A DNA stretch of 64,000 nt from Amoebidium appalachense (GCA_963693365.1 CAVNZM010000009.1:5648245-5712244), one strand, 5' to 3'. Counted from the first letter of the stretch, positions 13,590-27,556 are shown. The notes: generated by a model from the sequence alone, not told the origin. Numbers and translations are program-made.

Positions 13590-14907
13590 TACGTACGTGT
13601 GTGTATGTTCATGTGTATGTGTGTGTGTGTGTGTGTATGCAAGTGTGTGTGTGTGTGCGTGTGTATGTGTGTGGTGAGGCCCACAGCGCACGTCTCAGAA
13701 ACCAGCACCTTTGCAAAAACACACCGTGCACTTGGCCTCTGCCTGCAGTGCTGCTTTACACTAGCTGTGTACCACAATCAAGAGGCATATTTGATTTGCT
13801 ATGTGGCCTTCAGTTTACTAGATGGGCACGTACCTGGACCTGGCTTGGTGCAAATGCAGGCTCATATGCCGCATCATCATCATCCTCATCATGCTCCAAC
13901 TGGCCATCTGGGTCGGGGGCCACGTAGTCGGCATCCCTTGCATTGTCGTAGTCGTAGTGCCCGGTGTCTCCACCAAGCACACGGTCTGCGCCCTTATTGT
14001 CAGCACACACACACACCTAACACGTGCACCCTGAGCATAGCCAACCCGCAAGTCCCAGCACATTCCACACACCTTGCACATACGCTACTGCCTTTGTACT
14101 TGCCTCCTCCCCTCCCCTCCCCGCCCCCATCTCTGTATGGCCATTGACCCCTTCCAACGTCTCTATTTAACCCCACTCCCACCATCATCCCTGAATGTGC
14201 AACCCCCAACCCCAAGCCCTCCCTCCCCCCCACGTACCTTCATCCACGGCCACCTGCTGCCGTCCAATCTGCAACCCCACATCCCCGTCAGTACCCCCTC
14301 CTTCTGCCCCCCCCCCCTCATAGTGTGCACGTACAGTCAAGTCAGGCCTAGTCAGCAGGCATGCCAGCTGGCCTACGTGGTAGTGCCTATCTTCAGGCAG
14401 GGTGGTCTTTGCCTCCCCCTGCTGCTCCATGGTGGCCTTGGCCAGTGTCAGCCCACTCTTGCCCACTGCTAGCTCCTGTGCCCTACACAAAACCAAACAC
14501 CATCAGCATCATACACCCAGCCACACAATGCATCCCCCCCCCCCCCCCACACTCACCAGTCCACATCGACCTGCTCTGTGAAGTCCAGACGGTACTTTGC
14601 CTTTTTGCTGCGTGGGCCCTCCTTGCTGCCTGCACCACCTGCCATCCAACACAGTCACAAACTGCATCCCTCATTCTGCCCCCCCCCCCCCCCCCCCCCT
14701 CCCCGCCCCCAAGGCAGGTACCTCCCCCCCCTCCCCCCCCCCCCCCCCATCCCCACCCACCTGTGCGCACTGCCGGTCTTGGGCGCCAGTGCATAGGGCC
14801 AGCCCACTCAGCGGCCCTGAGTGCCGGCAGGTACGAGTACTGCCCGGCCTTGCTGCTGGCCACCACAGCAACCATGTCCCGTGTCTGTGCAAGCACACAG
14901 TGAGACA

Positions 14908-14949
<42 letters not shown>

Positions 14950-15971
14950 CTTCCCCTGCTTCCCACCTGTGTGGCGTGTGTGGCGGTGTTTGGCTCAAAG
15001 ATGCCCTCGTCATCCTCAGCCCCCTGGTCGAAGCTATTCTCCTGCACACACCAGTCTGTGGCCCTGCATGCAACCAATCAGTGCCCGTCCACACATACTC
15101 TCCCCCCCTCCCCCCAAAGCACGTGCTTTGCGCTAGCTGCTGCGTCCCACAGGCTCTCATCATATGTGGATGTGCTCTCGGGTGCCTGCCACGATGCAAG
15201 GGACACCTGCACATATTTGGCCCTGTCAGCATGAGTGGATCCCCCCCTCCCCCCAAAACCCACCCACGCACCTCCGTGGCCTTGCCGAAGCTGTGAGTCT
15301 CAATGGCCCGGCACAGTGATGGGTTTGTCAGGCAGACGGCGGTGGGTAGCTCCGCTGTGTTCACTGATTAGCAGCACACACAAACTCCCTCGTGCCCCTC
15401 CAAAAAGGGCACAGTAACACCTACTAACCATGCATACGTGCACATCTGACTCCCACCCACATACATGCGCTCAAATCCCATCCACACCCACCCACCCACA
15501 CCACACCTCTGTAGGCGCTGATGTCTAGTGGTGCCCTCTGCAGTGCCTGTATCCCTTCCCCCTCCTCAGGGGGGTTGATCACGGCCATGCCGTCAAAGGC
15601 CAGCTGGCAGCCAGTGACCACAGGCAGGCGGTACAGCAGCAGACTGCCTGCCCCTGGGTCCCCGTTCTTGCCTGCACCAAAGGAAGGTCAGGGTGGCAGT
15701 ACAGAGACTGACAGACACATGCAGGACACAGCAAGGCAGTTACAGTGTCTGGGTGCACCCCAGCAATCTTCCCTACTCTGACACAAGCCCTGTCTCCTCT
15801 CATGCAGAAGAACCACAACCTCACTTCTTGCAACTCAGGTCTGCCTTATGAAAAGGTATCAAGGAGACTTCGGGAATGCAACTCTCAGAGTTGCGTGTGC
15901 ATAAATGGTGCAGTGGGGCCAGTTCTGGCTGTGGTGCTTGTTATGGTGCCTCGTGTGCGTGCACCTGTGCG

Positions 15972-16009
<38 letters not shown>

Positions 16010-17348
16010 TGTGTACATATGCACACACACTCGATTTCTTCCTTTCCGTGGGGGGGGGGCCACAAACCCGAGGTCTGGCGCAGCAGCTGGTTTGCCTCCG
16101 GGGCAGTCTCAAAGTTGTTAATGTCGATGTTGGATAGTTTCTTCTCGATGGTCTTGCCGGCATATACCTGTACGTGGGTGGGTGGATAGTTAAACAAATG
16201 AAGCAGGCGGCTGCCACCACAGAGCTGGAGATACAAGAAGCGCAAAGAAGGTGGCAGGACGAAACATGTCCAGAAAAACAACGGGAGACTGAGAGAGAGA
16301 GAGAGATAAGGGGGGGGGGGGGGGGGGGGGGGGGAGTGGGGGAGAGAAAAAGAGAGAGAGACCCCCCCCCCCCCCCTGTCTTGGTCAAACATCGAAAGCC
16401 ACTGCTTGGCAAATGATTTCACTTTGCTAGCTCCAGCGCGAAATGTAGCACTACCATGCATTAGAGGGCACACAAAACTTTGCACGAACACACATACCTT
16501 CCTGGCGCGCTTCCTCCCCTCTGTCGGCCCCTTCTTCTCCTCACCGTCCTCGTCGTCTTGCGTTCCTTCTGCATAAACCCCCCGGTCAGACCACGCAGCC
16601 ATAAACCAAACCACACACTCTGTGCTTAACTCACCAGCCCCGCCTGCGTCTGCACGGTTGAGCCCCGTAAGTATGCGGTAGGCGTGGGTGTGCACATCAT
16701 CCACTCTTGCCGAATAGATCTTGGTGCCTGCATCCATCACAAAGCTGGCCCGCTGGAAGTTGGTCTCGCCATCCACCGCCCCCTCTATCAACTGGTCCAT
16801 GTAGTCGATAAGCTGTAGTGTCCAGGCATTCTGGCTGTTGATTTTCTGAGGACAAACGTATTTGTTAGCACGAGGAATAACTACATGGATTGTGGTATTT
16901 AATCGAGCTAACCCACAGAATTAAAAAATACGTGAGCTATGCCGGATCAAGGATTCTGGAGTGTGTTTGGAGTGAACACACTTAATTCTCGCAAACAATG
17001 TAGTTTTGCTACATGAAATCCATTGAGGAATTTAGTTCACACACTCACGTTATTGTTGCACAGGCCGATAGTCTTGGTGTAAAGATCCTTAAGCTGTGCC
17101 GCGCTTTCCCCCGTTTGCTCGCGACTGGGAGAGAGAGACAGATTTGCTGGCTTGTGTGCAAAGTTTGCGCTCATAAACTGCTTCCTGGGGGTGGTGGCTG
17201 CAATAGCGTTAAGCGCCGAGCGACGCTGATCCACAGCCTGCCTTCTCTGCACTGTGTCGTCATCTGAATCCTCTGCGTGGCGTGGGCCTCTGCTCTTGGC
17301 GGGCGTCATAACCCGCCGCTTGGCTGAGGAAGGCACTGCACTCACCAT
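12744..17348 (-). CDS. NCAPH: Condensin I kleisin subunit (CAP-H/Barren/Brn1), multi-exon
   Basis: Spliced product contains KINSQNAWTLQLIDYM, TNFQRASFVMDAGTKIYSARVDDVH, EWAGPMHW, the INFARLAKKV/DVQVLKQGLW segment and the C-terminal FVCLLHLANERGL; GT-AG introns, e.g. exons 17348-17049, 16845-16635, 16568-16498. Confidence 0.95.
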
Positions 17349-17877
17349 CTTCACAACTCCTTTCTCTACGTGACACCCCTAACAAAGAGCGAAAACCGAC
17401 GAAAACAAAACCCTCAGACAACAGCGTTGCCTCTGCACAAAATGAACGAAAAACTCTAACTATCTTGTGTAATGTAATAGACTCTTGAACGAGTTTGCCA
17501 GGCTGTTACTTCCTCCTATTCACTAGTTCTACCGTATGCACTTGTGTCTCTCTCTATGTTGTAGCCGGCAACGGTTCGTGTGGCTGCAGGTGCCAGTTTG
17601 AATGCTGATTTGCACTCCCGCGCACCCACCAGCCAACCAATGAAATTAACCCAGGTAGAAACAGCCAATCACGTCATCTTGATGACGTAACCACCAGGTC
17701 ATATGAGCCGGCCCCTACACGCACATGCACACTCATGTACACCTCAGTATTACCGTTCACTTGTAGTGCACTTAACATTAGGTGGTTTCGCTAGTCATCA
17801 AGGCTGTTTGTCGAAGTGCAGGGGCGAGGCAGTGATATAGCTTTACCGACAGGGCTCTCCTAGCGTACACAGGCACC
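17349..17877. promoter_or_regulatory. Bidirectional promoter between NCAPH and PAK1IP1
   Basis: 529 bp between divergent ATGs, free of long simple repeats; CCAAT at 17637 and 17664, TTTGAA at 17597, TCCCGCGC at 17616, CAACGG at 17569, and a TGACGT CRE-like site. Confidence 0.65.
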
Positions 17878-18520
17878 ATGACGGCCGTGCTTATGATAGT
17901 TGCGGGGTCCTATGACGCCAAGATCTTCGGCTTCGAGTGCAGGGCCGAGGTTACGGGCGACAGCATGGTGCGTGCCTGCAAGTGTGTACAAGTGTTAGCT
18001 GCTGCTGGGCCTGTGCATCATGCCTGCAAGCATCTCTGGTTGCTCCCTTAGTAATTCTAATGGTCGGTGCTCGCAGGGTCTGAACGCCACCCCCGTGTTT
18101 GCCTACACACCCCACACTGGCTGTGTCAAGACCGTGGCGCTGTCTCCCAGTGGCCATCTGCTAGCTTCTGGCAGCACGGACGAACATATTAAGTAGGGAC
18201 CTGCACCAATTTCTTTAATGGCTCACATATGGGCCATGTTTTTTGCATGCTGCTTCTGACTGTTTTCTTTTTCGTGTGCACTTACGTACCAGTCCCACCT
18301 CGCCCTTCTTCCTCTGAGAGGGCCACCCTGTTGAAACTTCCGTTGAAAGCGATGTGACAAATTTGTGCAAAACAGCAGGTTAGAGCGTGAATGTCTGGGA
18401 AGTTAGCTGCAGTGTTTGGCCTGGTGGATTCGGCAAGGGCACATGGCAAAGGCAAGGCAGTGCCTTTTTAGACGAGGGTTCAGTCGAACTGTAGGTTTTG
18501 GCGTTGTAGTTGCCCCCCCC

Positions 18521-18554
<34 letters not shown>

Positions 18555-18658
18555 TCACTCCCCTTTCTTTTTTTTTTTTTGTTTATGTTGTTGCTGCTGC
18601 TGTTTTTCTTCTCTCTTTCGCTTTATTTATTTTCACTCATTTATTATTATTTTTTTTT

Positions 18659-18689
<31 letters not shown>

Positions 18690-18967
18690 GGTAGGTGGAT
18701 GAGGGGGGGGGGGGGGGGGCGAGCTACCCAATGTTCTGTGTACAAATACGTACTTACACGTGTGTTCCCAACAGGCTGTATGACCTTAAAAAGAGGAAAG
18801 AGCTTGGTGATCTATTGCTACACCAGGGTTCGTCTCTACTCCCCCCCCCCCCCCCCCCCCCCCCTTACCACCATCAGCACCACCACTACTACAATATCAC
18901 ACACACATACAAACACACACACACGGCAATAAAAAGTAAACAGGTAGTGGGAGCGTGTGTGGTCTGT

Positions 18968-18998
<31 letters not shown>

Positions 18999-19487
18999 GG
19001 GGGGGAGGGTCTGAAGAGAGAGAGAGGGGAGGGAGGAGGGGCTGAAGAGAGAGAGAGGGAGGGGGGGGGGGGGGGGGATGGAAGGACCAAGTACGGATTC
19101 ACACCCTCAGCCTCCCTTCCCTCCACTCCCCCTTACCCCTCTTTTTCCCCTTAAAGGTTGCCACGGCAACTCTAAGTGTGATGTTTTGTTCGAGAATGCG
19201 GAATTAGAAAGCACACAGTGTTGACAGCTTGTGACCTCTTTGAACGATTTTTCTACTGATTCTGGATTGACCTTTGGTACACACATTTATGGTTAATGTG
19301 CACGGCACCACCTTCAAGTTTGCCTGTGTGGTGCTGACTTTATGGGGCACAGGCGCCATCACCGGGCTATCGTTCCACGGCAAGACACACCTGCTGAGTA
19401 GCAGTGAGGATGGCACGGTGTGTGTGTGGAGGGCTAAGGACTGGGAGTCACTCAAGGTCCTGAGGGGCCACAAGTACGTGCATACAT

Positions 19488-19569
<82 letters not shown>

Positions 19570-21631
19570 ATGCACCTCCCCCTGCCCCCCCCCCCCCCCT
19601 TCCCCCCCTACACACGTGCTCACATGCACACACACACACGCGTGTACGCACTTCACACACACGCACACGCGCACGCACGCGCGCGCGCACACACACACAC
19701 ACGTGTTTGAGCAGGCAAGCAGACACATAGACACAAGTCTCATATTTGCTGTGCATTGCTGTGGGTATTGTTGCACAACTCTGAAGGGGCTGCTTTGGAA
19801 GCGGACATGGCCTAGCGTCCCTGCCAGCATAATGTGACAATAGTGTGATGGGCTCCTGTATCTGAAAGAGGAGTGAGCTTGATCTTTGGGAGCTGGGGGA
19901 GAAGGCAGGAGATTAGGATAGAGGATAGGTGTGGGTGTGTCCGGGAGGAGGAAGGAGGGGGGCAGGGCGGGGAGGGAGGGCATGGCACAGTTACCGACTA
20001 TATTTGTGCAGGCAGGGGATCAACAGTCTGGGGCTGCATCCTACGGGCAGGCTGGCTTTGAGTGTGAGCCGTGACCGGACCATGCGCACATGGAACCTAC
20101 TGAAGGGCCGCTGTGCCTACATCACACGCCTGCCGGCAGAGGCCACACAGGTGGTCTGGACCCCAGGGGGCACAAGATATGCAACACTGGCAGGCAAGAG
20201 GGCTACACTGTACTCGGTCGAGGTGGGTGCGCTGTATGCCTGTCATAGGTGGTGTGGGATGATAGGTGCAGTGGTTGTTCATCCTGTGTTTGTGGTTTTT
20301 TTTGGGGGGGGGAGTGAGGGGGTTGGGGGGGGGAGGGGGAGGGGGGGGGGGGGGGAATGGGATGGGGGGGGGGGGGGGGGGGGGGTGGGACGGGGGGGGG
20401 GGGGAATGGGATGGGGGGTTTGGGGGAGTGAGGGGGGTTTTTTTTAGGAAGGGGGGAGAAAGGGAGGAGACAGAGAGAATGTAAATGAGGAAGTAAGAGA
20501 ATGTTTGATTCGTGTTTGTGAATACTTGTGTTGCGTAAGTGGAGGTGTTGGGGGGAGGGCAAGATGAGAGGCAATATTTTGATAGGGAGCGCGCAGTGTT
20601 GTACTCTATGGGAATGCTGACTGTGTGGGGGCAGAAAACGGGAGAGATTGGTCACGTGGACAGCAGCTTCGGCCCCCTGCAGGCAGGGGTGTTCCTGGGG
20701 GTACGTGCCCTGTTTGAGAGGGGGAAGGGGGGGAGGGGGGGAGGGGAGGAGGGAGGGGTTGCCTGCGGTGGGTGACACAGCAAGGATGGAAGAGGTTGAA
20801 ACGATAGGTAATAGGGGCACGGTGCTGTGTGTTTGTCATTGTGGTGTGTTGGTTGTCGGTGGGAGATGGTGTGCATTTTTGTGGGTGGTTGCGGATATGT
20901 CATGTCATACCGAATCTACTGCCCGTCGGTGCATGTGTGTGGACACATGTGTATATGGGTGCTTTGATGTGTGTCTGTGTGTGTGTGCACGGGAGCACAA
21001 CTGTTCTTTTCTGCTCCCTGTTTATTTTTATGTTTGTGAGCATACCCTCACCATGGCCTTGCAGGAGGACAAGGTGGCACTAGGCACAGACGATGGGCAC
21101 TTGCTGGTGTCGGATGTGCCGGGTGATGATAAGGCCCCAAGGGCCATAAAGCTGCATACAATCAGGTGTGTGTGTGTGTGTGCGTGGGAGATATGGCGGT
21201 GTAGGGTGAGGTGGGGTTTGGGGAAGGGGGGGGGGGGGGGGGTTGGGGAAGGGGGGGGAGGCTGGGAGGGGGGAAGGGGGGGCCTACCAGCCGGGGAGGG
21301 TAATGTGTGGAAAGGGAGAGGTGGAGTTGAGATTGCCCCGGGGGAGGAGGGGGGGGGGGGGGGGGGGATGGAGGTGTTTAGCTGCAAGCAAGGGAGGGGA
21401 TTTTGCTGAAGGCGTGACGGGCTGTGTTGTGCTTGTGGCTGGTGGGGGTTGCACATGTGGTTGACTGCATGCTGGCTCACATGTCTCTGACCCCCATTTG
21501 CAGAATCAAGGGCCTAGTGGCTGTGGCCAGCCCCTTTGCCCCTGACTGCCTGTGGCTGGTGTCGGCTGCAACAGACGGCTCAATAAAGGTAGGGATGTCA
21601 CATGTGTACAGCACCCAACACACAGCACACT

Positions 21632-21665
<34 letters not shown>

Positions 21666-21968
21666 GCACGCAACACGCACACGCACACCTCGAAGGCTTT
21701 TCTTGACTGCATATAGAGCCCTTCTGGTGGGTACCACATGGACGGTGGTATCGATACACACTGTGCTTGAAGGGGACATGCATGTGTGCCCGTGTGTGTT
21801 TGTGCGGCTGTGAGTTGACACCCCTATGCTCATGCACACCCATTTAAGTGTGTGTGTGTGTGTGTGTGTGATGCCGACGGGTTTCGGCAGTGGCAATTGT
21901 CAAAGAGACTGCTTGATACCCAATTTTTTCCTCCTTGTGTGTGTGTGTGTTTACACCGGAGAAGGGGC

Positions 21969-22007
<39 letters not shown>

Positions 22008-22274
22008 GGGGGGGGGGGGGGGGGGGGGGCAAAGGCAAGAAGTGTAAAAGCTAGGTTCGTGGTGGTGGGTGGGATGGCTGTGATTGCGTGAGTGGATGGG
22101 TTTAGGGCTGTGTGTGTGTGTGTGTGTGTGTGTATTGGGTGGTGGTGGTGAGAGAGAGGGGGGAGGGAGGGGAGGGATCGCGTAAGGTAAGTTATAGCTA
22201 GATTGGTGGTGGCGGCTACCGAGAGTGATAATGTTGAGTGTTAGCGGTGGCAGTGTTTTTTTTTTTTTTTTTTT

Positions 22275-22336
<62 letters not shown>

Positions 22337-22725
22337 CGGTGTAAAATGCTGATCCAGATTTGTTTTTTAACAGGTATGGGATGTGGATGCACTGCTGGGG
22401 GCTGATGACGACAGCATCGAGGAGGCTTGCATCCTCAGGTGGGTGAGGGCATGGGTTCGCTCTATGAAAAGTGGCACATCTATTATTGGTGCATTGCTAT
22501 GCGTACGTGCAGAAATTGGTGCCTCTGATAGGGTGCCTGCTCTCTGCCCGGGCATTGGTGGCAATGCATGGTAACACTGTGTGTGCCACACCTACTTTCT
22601 GTGTGCCTTCTGTGTGGATGGCTATGGCTGACTGTGCCTCTGCAGTGTGGACACACATAGCAGGCTGACCTGCCTGCATGCCGTGTCACTGGTGGCCACA
22701 GCCCTGCACAAAGGAGGCAAGTGAC

Positions 22726-22756
<31 letters not shown>

Positions 22757-23648
22757 AAACAAACAAACAAAAAAAAAAACGCAAGCACGCACGCACGGGC
22801 ACGCACAACACACACACACGCACGGCCACAGACCCACACGCACACACGCACACAGAAAGAAACCACACTGACTGCTCGTACTGTATATGGCAGCACACCA
22901 CTGTGGCAAACGAACACCCCCGCATGCAGATGTCCAGGTGCTAGCACCGCACATGAACATGGACAAAGGGTATGCAACACAGGCCGCCTGTACATGCATA
23001 GGACATTATGTTTATATTTATTTGCGGGAGAATCTTGAAGCCACACACAGTGCACATGCTCACAGTGGTTGGATATCTGGTCACCTGACATGTAGCCAAC
23101 CAGACACAGCATCCACTATTGTTATTTAACATCTGCCATACATGGCTATTTTTATAATGTTGATATAGTTAGTGCCTGGGCAATGAGGATATCAGCCCTA
23201 TAGTAGCACTTTATAAACCCAACCTATACACCATGTGTAACGGTTATCTAAGATAACATGTGTGGGTGCAGATGATGGGGGTGTGGACCTAGACGAAATC
23301 GAGGGCCAGGAGGAAGACGAACAGAGTGGCAGTGGTGACGAGGAGGAAAAGGAGGAAGAGGAGGAGGGCGCATCAGACAGTGATGACGATAGCAGTGAGG
23401 GGCAAGATGACAGCACAGGGGAGGACAGTGAGGACACAGACACAAGGAAACGACCGGCACCAAAGCCACAGCACCAGCAGCAACACAAGAAACACGCCCC
23501 TGCACAGCAGAAGCAGAAGGCCCCACAACAACAACAGAAACAGAAACAACAAAAACAGCAAAAACCACAACAGAAAGCTAAGGCGGTGCCAGGCAAGGCA
23601 GGCAAGCAGCAGGGCAAGCAGTCAGGCAAGGGCCGGCCCAAGCACTAA
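17878..23648 (+). CDS. PAK1IP1: PAK1-interacting protein 1 / Mak11 (WD40 60S biogenesis factor), multi-exon
   Basis: [13 protein letters not shown].., [73 protein letters not shown], then an acidic and K/Q-rich tail ending in TAA at 23646-23648. Confidence 0.92.
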
Positions 23649-23661
23649 CTGGGCATGCGGC

Positions 23662-24781
23662 CTAGTTGACCCGCCACTTGAGGTACTTGGCATCCCCCAG
23701 CCGCCTGCAGGGTAGCAATCGGGTTAGTGGCTGCCCACGTGCACAGGCAGGCATGCACGTGCACAGGCAGGCATGCACGTGCCTGGGGACCATGAGCACA
23801 CGCAGGAAGAAGGCCACGGCCAGCAGCAGTGCCAGTAGGCCCACGGCCATGTATGCGGGGCCAAGGAACCCATTGGGCCCACCCAGCCCACTCATTGTCG
23901 AGAGGATGATGCGCTTCTGCCCGCCAAACCCGGCCACGGGGTAGTCTGTGTGCGTCAAGGATCGTGCACCAGTGGCTGAATAAAAACAAACAAACGAAGA
24001 AGAATAATGCCACCATTCGATTACCCCCCCCCCCCCCCCCCCCCCCCCCTCCTCCTCCTCCCTGAGACACGAGCAAGACATACAAGACCCGCCCACCCCC
24101 CTTCCCCCCGGGGGATACACAAGCAACTTTCACGTTCCAACATGTGCCACGTTGATTCTTTCGTAGATACAGGCAGACACAGGCAGCAGCACACAGAAAA
24201 AGGATACTGTAGGCCACGTTGAGGGTGTATGTGCCCTTGGGCAGGCCACCGGGAATGACCCGGTACAGCTTGCGGAAGTTGGGCAGGGCTGCAGGCCGCA
24301 TCCACACCATCAGGTCCTGGTTGGTGTAGCCCTGCAGCCCAACACGTCAGAACACACACACACACACACACACACACATTCTCCCCTGCTGCACACACAA
24401 AGCGCTCCCATCCCAAACAAGTACACACCATGCGTGTTCCGTGCCCAACATACCTCGCCAGCCGCCTTGTCAGGGAATGCCGTAACGGTGTGGTTCCAGA
24501 AGGCGGGTGCAATGGTGTTGTCCCAGGTTGCGGGGTTCTTGTACTTGTACTGGGCATCGTACTTCCAAGCTATGTTGTCGGCAGACACCACCACCGTGTT
24601 CTCGTTGCCATCCAGCAGCGTCATCGTGTCTGCACCGTGCAAGATTCAACTGAGTGACTGCAGCCATGTACATGTATGGGGCAGCCTGGGTTTGGCTGCA
24701 GCAGCCAACAAACGAATACCGAGTGCAGCCGTAAAAGGACACACACATGAAGTATGCGGTGTGTGTGTGTGTTTGTGTGCG

Positions 24782-24822
<41 letters not shown>

Positions 24823-25169
24823 GGTAACCAAAGCCCACAGGGCAGTGCAAGAAAATGACATGCAGCCATACACACTGAACCAGTGCAAAATTAGCAGTGC
24901 AACACACAATCCAGGCACCCCCACAGACCACTGTACGGTATCCAGGCATGCACCAGCAACATGGAACCAAAACGTACCGTTGAAGAGGCTGTTAGCCACA
25001 AAGCCGCAGGGGGCATAGGCCTTGCCCTCCACCACGTCCAGGGGGGAGCAGCCATCGGTACCGCCATCCCCGTGCAGCTGCTTGTTGGACCGCGAGAACA
25101 CGTAGCGCCGGTAGTTCTGGTAGTAGTTGTCCAGCCCGTAGTAGAGGTACACCTGGAAAAATTGGTCAG

Positions 25170-25226
<57 letters not shown>

Positions 25227-25238
25227 CCACTCACCCCC

Positions 25239-25280
<42 letters not shown>

Positions 25281-25847
25281 CACACACACACAGGCACATA
25301 GGCGGGGGCTTACCGGGCCCGCCCAGTCATCCTCCAGAGTGAAGGCCAGGCCAGCACACCGGCAGGCTGCCTGCTGTGCCGTCTTGGTCTTGAGCACGTC
25401 GGCACACGTGCCGGTGTACGGTGCGTCTGCCGTGCAGTCTGTGTAGTTGATGGATATGTGCTTGACCTCCAGGGGTTGGAAAGTCAGAAAAACAGGCATG
25501 CCAGGGCCCAGTCCCGGCATGCCATGCACAAGGCACTCACATTGCTGCTGACAGCAAACAAGATACCGCCTATCGGCAGGAATATGACCCCGAAGGCAAG
25601 CAGGGTCACGATGATGTTGCGTGGGGTTAGAATGGGCTGCCAGGCCGGCAGGCGCTGCTGTGTGTATGAAGAGTCTGCACGGACCGAGGGCTGGAACGTT
25701 AGCTGCTGTGTGCTGCCATCAGAGCAACAGTTTTTAAGTGGCTGGCACATGCAGTGCCGAAATAACCCGACCCGTTCAAGGTACGTTCATAACACCAGCC
25801 CCATTTATGAGCGCCATACTTTAAACCCGCTCCACCCACCTATCCCC

Positions 25848-25888
<41 letters not shown>

Positions 25889-26196
25889 CCCCTCCCGGCC
25901 CCCTCCCCTCCCCCTCCCCCTCCCCCAACACACACACACCACTGCCACCACCACCACCACCTCCTCTCCCACACACTCTTTTCCACCTGTCGACCAAGTC
26001 AAGCCAATAAATACAAGACTATCTTCCTTCCACCACTGCGTCTCTCCAAAACCCATCCTTTTCACACAGCCGTTTTGCCGTCTACTAGCTGGCTGGTCCG
26101 AGCACAGCTCTTCACACGCCCCCATCACCAGATTCTTTGCTCTACGGCACACACCCTTGCATGAACGCCCGCACCGCCTTCTTCCCAGGCTAGCAC
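23662..26196 (-). CDS. CDC50: CDC50/LEM3 family P4-ATPase flippase beta subunit (5' end unresolved)
   Basis: [81 protein letters not shown]; confident from 25674 down; probable extra exon 26196-26155; start codon not located. Confidence 0.93.
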
Positions 26197-27556
26197 CTGC
26201 CCAAGCTACGACACACACACGTGCTTCCGTGGAACACATAGTTGCACGTGCACGTAGGTACGTTAGTGGTAGTACGAAGAGCAGTGACAGTGCATCAACA
26301 CGACTGTCCACAACACAACCTCAAGATCGACACCCCGAAACCAAGTTGTGCAGCTCAGCGAGGTAACTTTAAAGCTACACAGCACACCTTAAAGGTCATC
26401 AGAGTACCTATGTCGGGGCGAGGCAATGGATGCAACGAAAACTGGCAGGAAACCGGGCCCGTCTAACCAAGTACACTAACCGCCTCAGCACAAGCATTGG
26501 ACGTCCCTCTAGCCCCTCGACCAGGTATATTAACACACTCCTGAAGTAGAATGTACGCACTACCCTGTAGCCCTTTGCTCACCTCTAGTAGCTAGGCACT
26601 AAAAACACGCTCCCCAGTAACCCGTTTGCCTAAGCTAGTCCCTTGGCTCCATATACACACTTTTTTACAGCTGCTTTAGCCTACCTCTTGGCCGACGGCT
26701 GTGCCGCTTGACCGCACTTCCGCCCGCTGACGACATTTCGAATTATAGGCCGCCCAAGGACCAGTGGGGCTGAACTACTATAATCCTAGCCAACTATGCC
26801 TGTTGTGGTGGTCCTAACTACACTGTGACACAAGCTGCAGGTTAGTGAAGGATATGCATAGTACCCCAAGTGCGGGGCGATTGCTGCCAGTTGAAGGGTC
26901 CCAGTGTTGGTGCAAATGGAAATACGGCATGTAAAATAGGTATGCAGAAATGATTCTCATGTGTCTAAACGCATGCACAACAGCTACATAGACCACTATT
27001 TTTACTTTATAGTTTTTGACTTGGTTCAGCCGTGAAAGCTCGAATGAAAACGGAAAGTTTTCAACGAGCCCAGTCTCATAATTTGGAATTTCGATCCGCC
27101 AACGAGTGCACTGCGCACCCGAAATTTTGCAAAGCTTCAAATTTACATGCCAAAAAAGGCTATTTTATAGATGCCGCAATCGGCAAGTTTTGCGCAAACG
27201 TGGAACGCTGTTGGTATGAGCTTTCTGTCTTCTTATTGGTTGTAAGTCAGCCAAAGATACTGCCGATATTTTGTTGGCTATAAAGAGCGGGCGACCTCCT
27301 GTGGAATCGGGGAAATTCTGAGTTTGTGTTTTCTGTTTTGTGACGGGGGCAGCCGGAAGGGACTAAGGGCACAGTGTGGGTTTAGTCGTATGCCTGCACG
27401 CATTCTGCAAATACAAGAAGAAAAATTGGTCGCTGTTGTTGGACTCCTAACAGTAATTGGCTTGCACCATTGTCACTGAAGTTCTTCTTTCTATACTGTC
27501 GCAACTTGGTGCCACAGCAGACTAAAGCACGCGCAACCAAATAATTGCTTTTTAAA

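Noticed and set aside
19156-19260. RFX X-box-like palindrome GTTGCCACGGCAAC and possible C/D snoRNA (GTGATGT..CTGA) in a PAK1IP1 intron
   Set aside because: C box imperfect, no terminal stem or convincing rRNA complement; a single intronic motif is insufficient.
27190-27290. ER stress element upstream of DNAJB11
   Set aside because: CGTGG and ATTGG are present but not in CCAAT-N9-CCACG spacing.
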